Shown here: one piece after another, positions 15,125 through 18,678 of the stretch
Position numbering within the stretch: the first letter of the stretch is position 1
How the letters are laid out: the number at the start of each line of letters is the position of its first letter
From: an uncultured bacterium
GTDB taxonomy: Bacteria; SAR324; NAC60-12
Assembly (NCBI GenBank): GCA_964010765.1
Contig: CAXGMD010000070.1
Coordinates: 1-18,678 of the forward strand
Length of the DNA stretch: 18,678 bases
Direction: 5' to 3'
Made by a program: the position numbers and the translations under genes
Notes under the pieces: model-generated
What the model was told of the DNA's origin: nothing
Databases searched by the model: none
What the model saw: only the letters and a program-made list of their open reading frames with translations

Positions 15125-16222
15125 ATGACCCCAGTCAAGGTTGGTATCATTGGATGTGGCAATATCTTTGATGCTTATCTAAACGCCTCCAAAAATTTCC
15201 CGATCTTGAACATTGCTAGTTGTGCTGACCTGAAAAGCGAACGGGCACAGGCAAAAGCGGATCAATGGGGATTGCAAGTTCAATCCATTGATTCCCTCCT
15301 CCAAGATCAATCTATTGAGATTATCCTGAATTTGACGACTCCTGATTCTCATATCTCAGTTGCCAAACAAGTTCTAGAGAGCGGCAAGCACGTTTATACT
15401 GAAAAACCCCTTGGTTTGAATGTCAACGAAGGAATTGAATTGCTTGCTCTCGCAAAAGATCGAGGATTACGAGTTGGTTCTGCTCCAGATACTTTTCTTG
15501 GTGGTTCGCATCAGAAAACACGACAATTGCTGGATTCTGGGAAGATTGGTGATCCCCTGGCCTGCACCGCTTTTATGATGGTTCCTGGTCATGAGTTATG
15601 GCATCCAGATCCTGACTTTTACTATCTCCCTGGAGGAGGCCCTATGCTGGACATGGGGCCTTACTACCTAACGGCTTTCATCAATCTCTTGGGTCCAGTT
15701 GCTCAGGTCACAGGCTTTGGTAAAGCGTTTCGAACTTCTAGAACAATTGCCTCTGGAGCCAGAGCTGGTCAGACAGTACCTGTCAAGACGCCTACTCATC
15801 TGAGTGGTGTTGCTGAATTTGTGAATGGGGCCCTGCTGACAATCACGATGAGTTTTGATGTATGGCAGCATACTCACCTACCGATGGAACTCTATGGAAC
15901 AGAAGGTTCGATGCTGATTCCGGATCCCAATCGGTTTGATGGTGAAGTCAAGTGGAGTGAAGGCAAAGCAGACTGGAACTCTGCTACGGTTGAGTTTCCC
16001 TATGCGGATGATAACTATCGAAGTATTGGTTTAGCTGACCTGGCCCAAGCGATCAGGGCCGAAAGGCCACATCGAGCTAATGGCCAGTTGGGTTTACATG
16101 TGCTTGAGATCATGACAGGCTTTCTCAAAGCCGCTGAAACCGGCGCCAGCACAAGCATGCAGACAACCTGTGAACGGCCTGCATTAATGAAGACGGATTT
16201 ACCCTTTGGACAACTTGACTAA
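15125..16222 (+). CDS. Gfo/Idh/MocA family NAD(P)-dependent oxidoreductase
   Basis: VGIIGCGNI, GKHVYTEKP, GSAPDTFLG, GGGPMLDMGPYY, YGTEG. Confidence 0.95.
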   Translation: MTPVKVGIIGCGNIFDAYLNASKNFPILNIASCADLKSERAQAKADQWGLQVQSIDSLLQDQSIEIILNLTTPDSHISVAKQVLESGKHVYTEKPLGLNVNEGIELLALAKDRGLRVGSAPDTFLGGSHQKTRQLLDSGKIGDPLACTAFMMVPGHELWHPDPDFYYLPGGGPMLDMGPYYLTAFINLLGPVAQVTGFGKAFRTSRTIASGARAGQTVPVKTPTHLSGVAEFVNGALLTITMSFDVWQHTHLPMELYGTEGSMLIPDPNRFDGEVKWSEGKADWNSATVEFPYADDNYRSIGLADLAQAIRAERPHRANGQLGLHVLEIMTGFLKAAETGASTSMQTTCERPALMKTDLPFGQLD

Positions 16223-16230
16223 GAGGACAG

Positions 16231-16878
16231 ATGGCACAGAAAAAAGCGTTGATTGCTTGGGGAGGATGGGAAGGACATACACCCCAGGAGAGCACAGAAA
16301 TCACAAAAGTGATTCTTGAAAATAACCACTTCGCTGTTGACGTGGTTGAGGGGACCGAAGCCTTTCGGGATCCAGATTTGTCTCGCTACAACCTGGTCGT
16401 CCCCGTAATTACAATGTCAACTATTGAAAAAGAAGAAGTTGAAAATCTTTGCCAGACTGTTGAAAAGGGTACTGGCTTGGCTGGCTTCCATGGTTGCATG
16501 TGTGACTCCTTCCGCAACAGCGTTGACTATCAATTCATGACTGGAGGTCAGTGGGTTGCTCATCCAGGCAATATTATTGATTTTTCAGTAGAAATCCTCC
16601 CTAACGAAGATCCAATCACAGAAGGCATTCAAGATTTCCCTTACAAATCTGAGCAGTACTTCATGCATGTGGACCCATCGAATGAGGTACTGGCGACAAC
16701 CACCTTCACGGGTGAGCATTGTTCCTGGGTCAAAGGGGTAAAAATGCCCGTAGTATGGAAAAGAGTGCATGGAGTAGGACGAGTCTTCTACAGTGCCTTG
16801 GGCCATGTTGCAGAGGAATTTAAAGTCCAGGAGATGGCAACGATTTTTGAACGGGGAATGCTGTGGGCAGCACGCTAG
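16231..16878 (+). CDS. ThuA-like domain protein (class I glutamine amidotransferase-like fold)
   Basis: WGGWEGH, GTGLAGFHG, GGQWVAHP, SEQY, MPVVW, GRVFYSALGH; GAGG RBS; starts 8 nt after the oxidoreductase stop. Confidence 0.9.
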   Translation: MAQKKALIAWGGWEGHTPQESTEITKVILENNHFAVDVVEGTEAFRDPDLSRYNLVVPVITMSTIEKEEVENLCQTVEKGTGLAGFHGCMCDSFRNSVDYQFMTGGQWVAHPGNIIDFSVEILPNEDPITEGIQDFPYKSEQYFMHVDPSNEVLATTTFTGEHCSWVKGVKMPVVWKRVHGVGRVFYSALGHVAEEFKVQEMATIFERGMLWAAR

Positions 16879-16899
16879 TTGTTCACTGACTGAGGATCA

Positions 16900-17679
16900 C
16901 TATTGATTCAGAGCTTCTGTTTTCTGCATCAGGAAATCGAAGCTCATCTTGATTGATTCAAAAGAGTCCCTGGTGCTTGTGTCCTGCTCCACGATGAACC
17001 ACTCACAGCCAGCCTCATCTGCTTCTCGAATGATGGCATCCCAGTTCAAACTCCCTGTACCTACTTCGCCAAAGAGAATCTCTCTCTCAAGGGTGACTAC
17101 ATAATCTTTGAGATGCAGTAAGGGCAGGCGTCCCTTCATTTTGCGGCACCATTCGACCGGATCTTCTCCACCTTTTTGAACCCAGAAAGTATCCAGTTCG
17201 ACTTGGAGAAACTTCGAGTCAGTGTTTGTTAAAATCAATTCCAGAATGGGCTGGTCCGCATAGCGAACAAACTCCAACTCGTGGTTGTGGTAGGACAACT
17301 GCTTCCCCCCATCACACAGGATTTTCCCTGCACTCTCCAACTTATTGGCCAACACCAAGCAAGCTTCCCTTGAATCAATGGCATAGGAACCCGGATGAGG
17401 AAAGGCTGTGTGTTTACAACCCAGAATATTCAATCTCTCGACAACCTCTGCTGGTGCTTCCAAAATTTTATGCGAGGATTCGTGGGTAGCACAAATGATC
17501 AACCCGACTTCATCAGCTAGCTCCCTAATCACCTGTGGGTCTTGAACACCAACACCAGAAATCTGAATCGCCGGATACCCAATTTCTTTTACTTTTTTGA
17601 GCGTGGTTCTGAGAGAGGTTACATCCTGACAATGATCTCGCAGAGTATACAGGGTCAGAGCAATTTGTTCTGGAAGCAT
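16900..17679 (-). CDS. Sugar phosphate isomerase/epimerase, xylose-isomerase-like TIM barrel (IolE-like)
   Basis: LYTLRD, YHNHELEF, metal ligands in VELDTFWV, LHLKD and IVEQD; GEVGTG. Confidence 0.92.
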   Translation of the reverse strand: MLPEQIALTLYTLRDHCQDVTSLRTTLKKVKEIGYPAIQISGVGVQDPQVIRELADEVGLIICATHESSHKILEAPAEVVERLNILGCKHTAFPHPGSYAIDSREACLVLANKLESAGKILCDGGKQLSYHNHELEFVRYADQPILELILTNTDSKFLQVELDTFWVQKGGEDPVEWCRKMKGRLPLLHLKDYVVTLEREILFGEVGTGSLNWDAIIREADEAGCEWFIVEQDTSTRDSFESIKMSFDFLMQKTEALNQ

Positions 17680-17924
17680 GGTTTTGGGACCTCAAGAAGT
17701 TGATTGAATTTTAGGGAAACAAACTTCAGACAGTCTAAAATTTATCAGTTCGATCTGTTATTCATTCTGGTAAGCACCTCAATCGATTATGAACTTTTGC
17801 AAAATGATGATGAAAATCCGATTTTCTAAAACAAAAAAACAGCTTAAAATCGTCATTGAAAAAAATTTGTAAATGCAGCTTTGAAAGCAATTCATTGAGA
17901 AACAAAAATACACAATTAAATTCT

Positions 17925-18678
17925 ATGAATGATACCAGAATTCTCAACTTGGATGAAAAGAATGCCCTCTACAAAGACGGCTACGTTATCTTGAAGAAAG
18001 TTATTCCAGACAAGATTTTGAAAGAGGCTCGAAACGCATTGAGCGGGCACAGCAGTGGTTTCGACAAGCGGCTCGGATATGACGCACGCATGACGGACTT
18101 AATCAACAAATCTTCACTCAACTCTATCCTGTCAGAAGCCATTGGGAACTTTGACCCTCCAAGTGCCTGTCATGTAGCAGTTCGTGAATTCTCAGAGGAA
18201 AGCCAACAGTTTAACAATGTTGGGTATCGGGATGAAGAGACTCCCTACTATGGAGCTTCCATACACATGGATGGACTGCTTTCAATCAATGCTCCTCAAG
18301 AAATCCAGCATGGTAGCCCCCAAGAAATCTACAACCGTTACATTGCCTCTGGACCGAAAGGTGACCTTGGACGCAGTCCGGAGGTACTTGGTCACAACCT
18401 AGTACCACTTTTTCAGGATCCAGCCACCACCTTGAGTATTGGAAGTTTCACAGCGTTGGTTTTCGTGGCCCTTTCAGATCAAACGAAGGAGGGTTCTGGC
18501 CAGACTGGAGTCCTCAAAGGTGCGCACCACCCAATGGAAGAGTTTTTCAAATGGCAAAAAAAACAGGGAAGCTTGATGGGTCCGGAGGGACCAGGTTGGG
18601 ACAGATTGGATCACTCTGTCCCGAATCACTGCGGTTTGGTCTATCTCCCTGATGCTGTCAATGAGCAGTTTCTGGATG
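17925..18678 (+). CDS. PhyH-like Fe(II)/2-oxoglutarate dioxygenase, 3' end outside the window
   Basis: Translated by hand; absent from the ORF track. MNDTRILNLDEKNALYKDGYVILKKVIP...SIHMDG...FTALVFVALSDQTKEGSGQTGVLKGAHH...; open for 251 codons to the edge. The start is uncertain: no clear SD, and the frame is open from 17814. Confidence 0.72.
   Translation, partial: MNDTRILNLDEKNALYKDGYVILKKVIPDKILKEARNALSGHSSGFDKRLGYDARMTDLINKSSLNSILSEAIGNFDPPSACHVAVREFSEESQQFNNVGYRDEETPYYGASIHMDGLLSINAPQEIQHGSPQEIYNRYIASGPKGDLGRSPEVLGHNLVPLFQDPATTLSIGSFTALVFVALSDQTKEGSGQTGVLKGAHHPMEEFFKWQKKQGSLMGPEGPGWDRLDHSVPNHCGLVYLPDAVNEQFLD

Noticed and set aside
17807..17825. Fur-box-like GATGATGAAAATCCGATTT upstream of the dioxygenase gene
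   Set aside because: Only 12/19 match with a poor right half, in AT-rich DNA.
17762..18402. ORF-track entries 17762..17947 (-) and 18184..18402 (+)
   Set aside because: The first is low-complexity AT-rich intergenic sequence; the second is out of frame within the PhyH-like gene.
1..18678. Taxonomic assignment (gene content suggests a marine heterotroph such as SAR324), and a prophage or genomic-island call
   Set aside because: No marker gene, integrase, tRNA or att site in the window; testing needs a database search.

Overview
Bacterial, gene-dense catabolic region of moderate GC with no rRNA, tRNA, CRISPR array or recognisable transposase. The left part (minus strand) holds a partial GGT/Ntn-hydrolase gene, a small HTH plus coiled-coil gene, an acyl-CoA dehydrogenase and a single-domain hemerythrin. 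The centre is a six-gene plus-strand operon: tctC-tctB-tctA, a LarA-like (nickel-pincer-type) enzyme, a Cys-type sulfatase and a FadR/GntR regulator. Two FadR-type TGGT-N3-ACCA boxes precede it. A second sulfatase and two mandelate-racemase-type enolase-superfamily enzymes follow in alternating orientation. The right part holds a pentapeptide-repeat protein, a Gfo/Idh/MocA-ThuA-TIM-barrel trio resembling 3-ketoglycoside pathways, and a partial PhyH-like dioxygenase gene. The best candidate for an undescribed system is a pathway for import, epimerisation, desulfation and dehydration of a sulfated hydroxy or sugar acid. That is inference from gene content; no substrate can be read from the sequence. 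The ORF track misses both edge genes.
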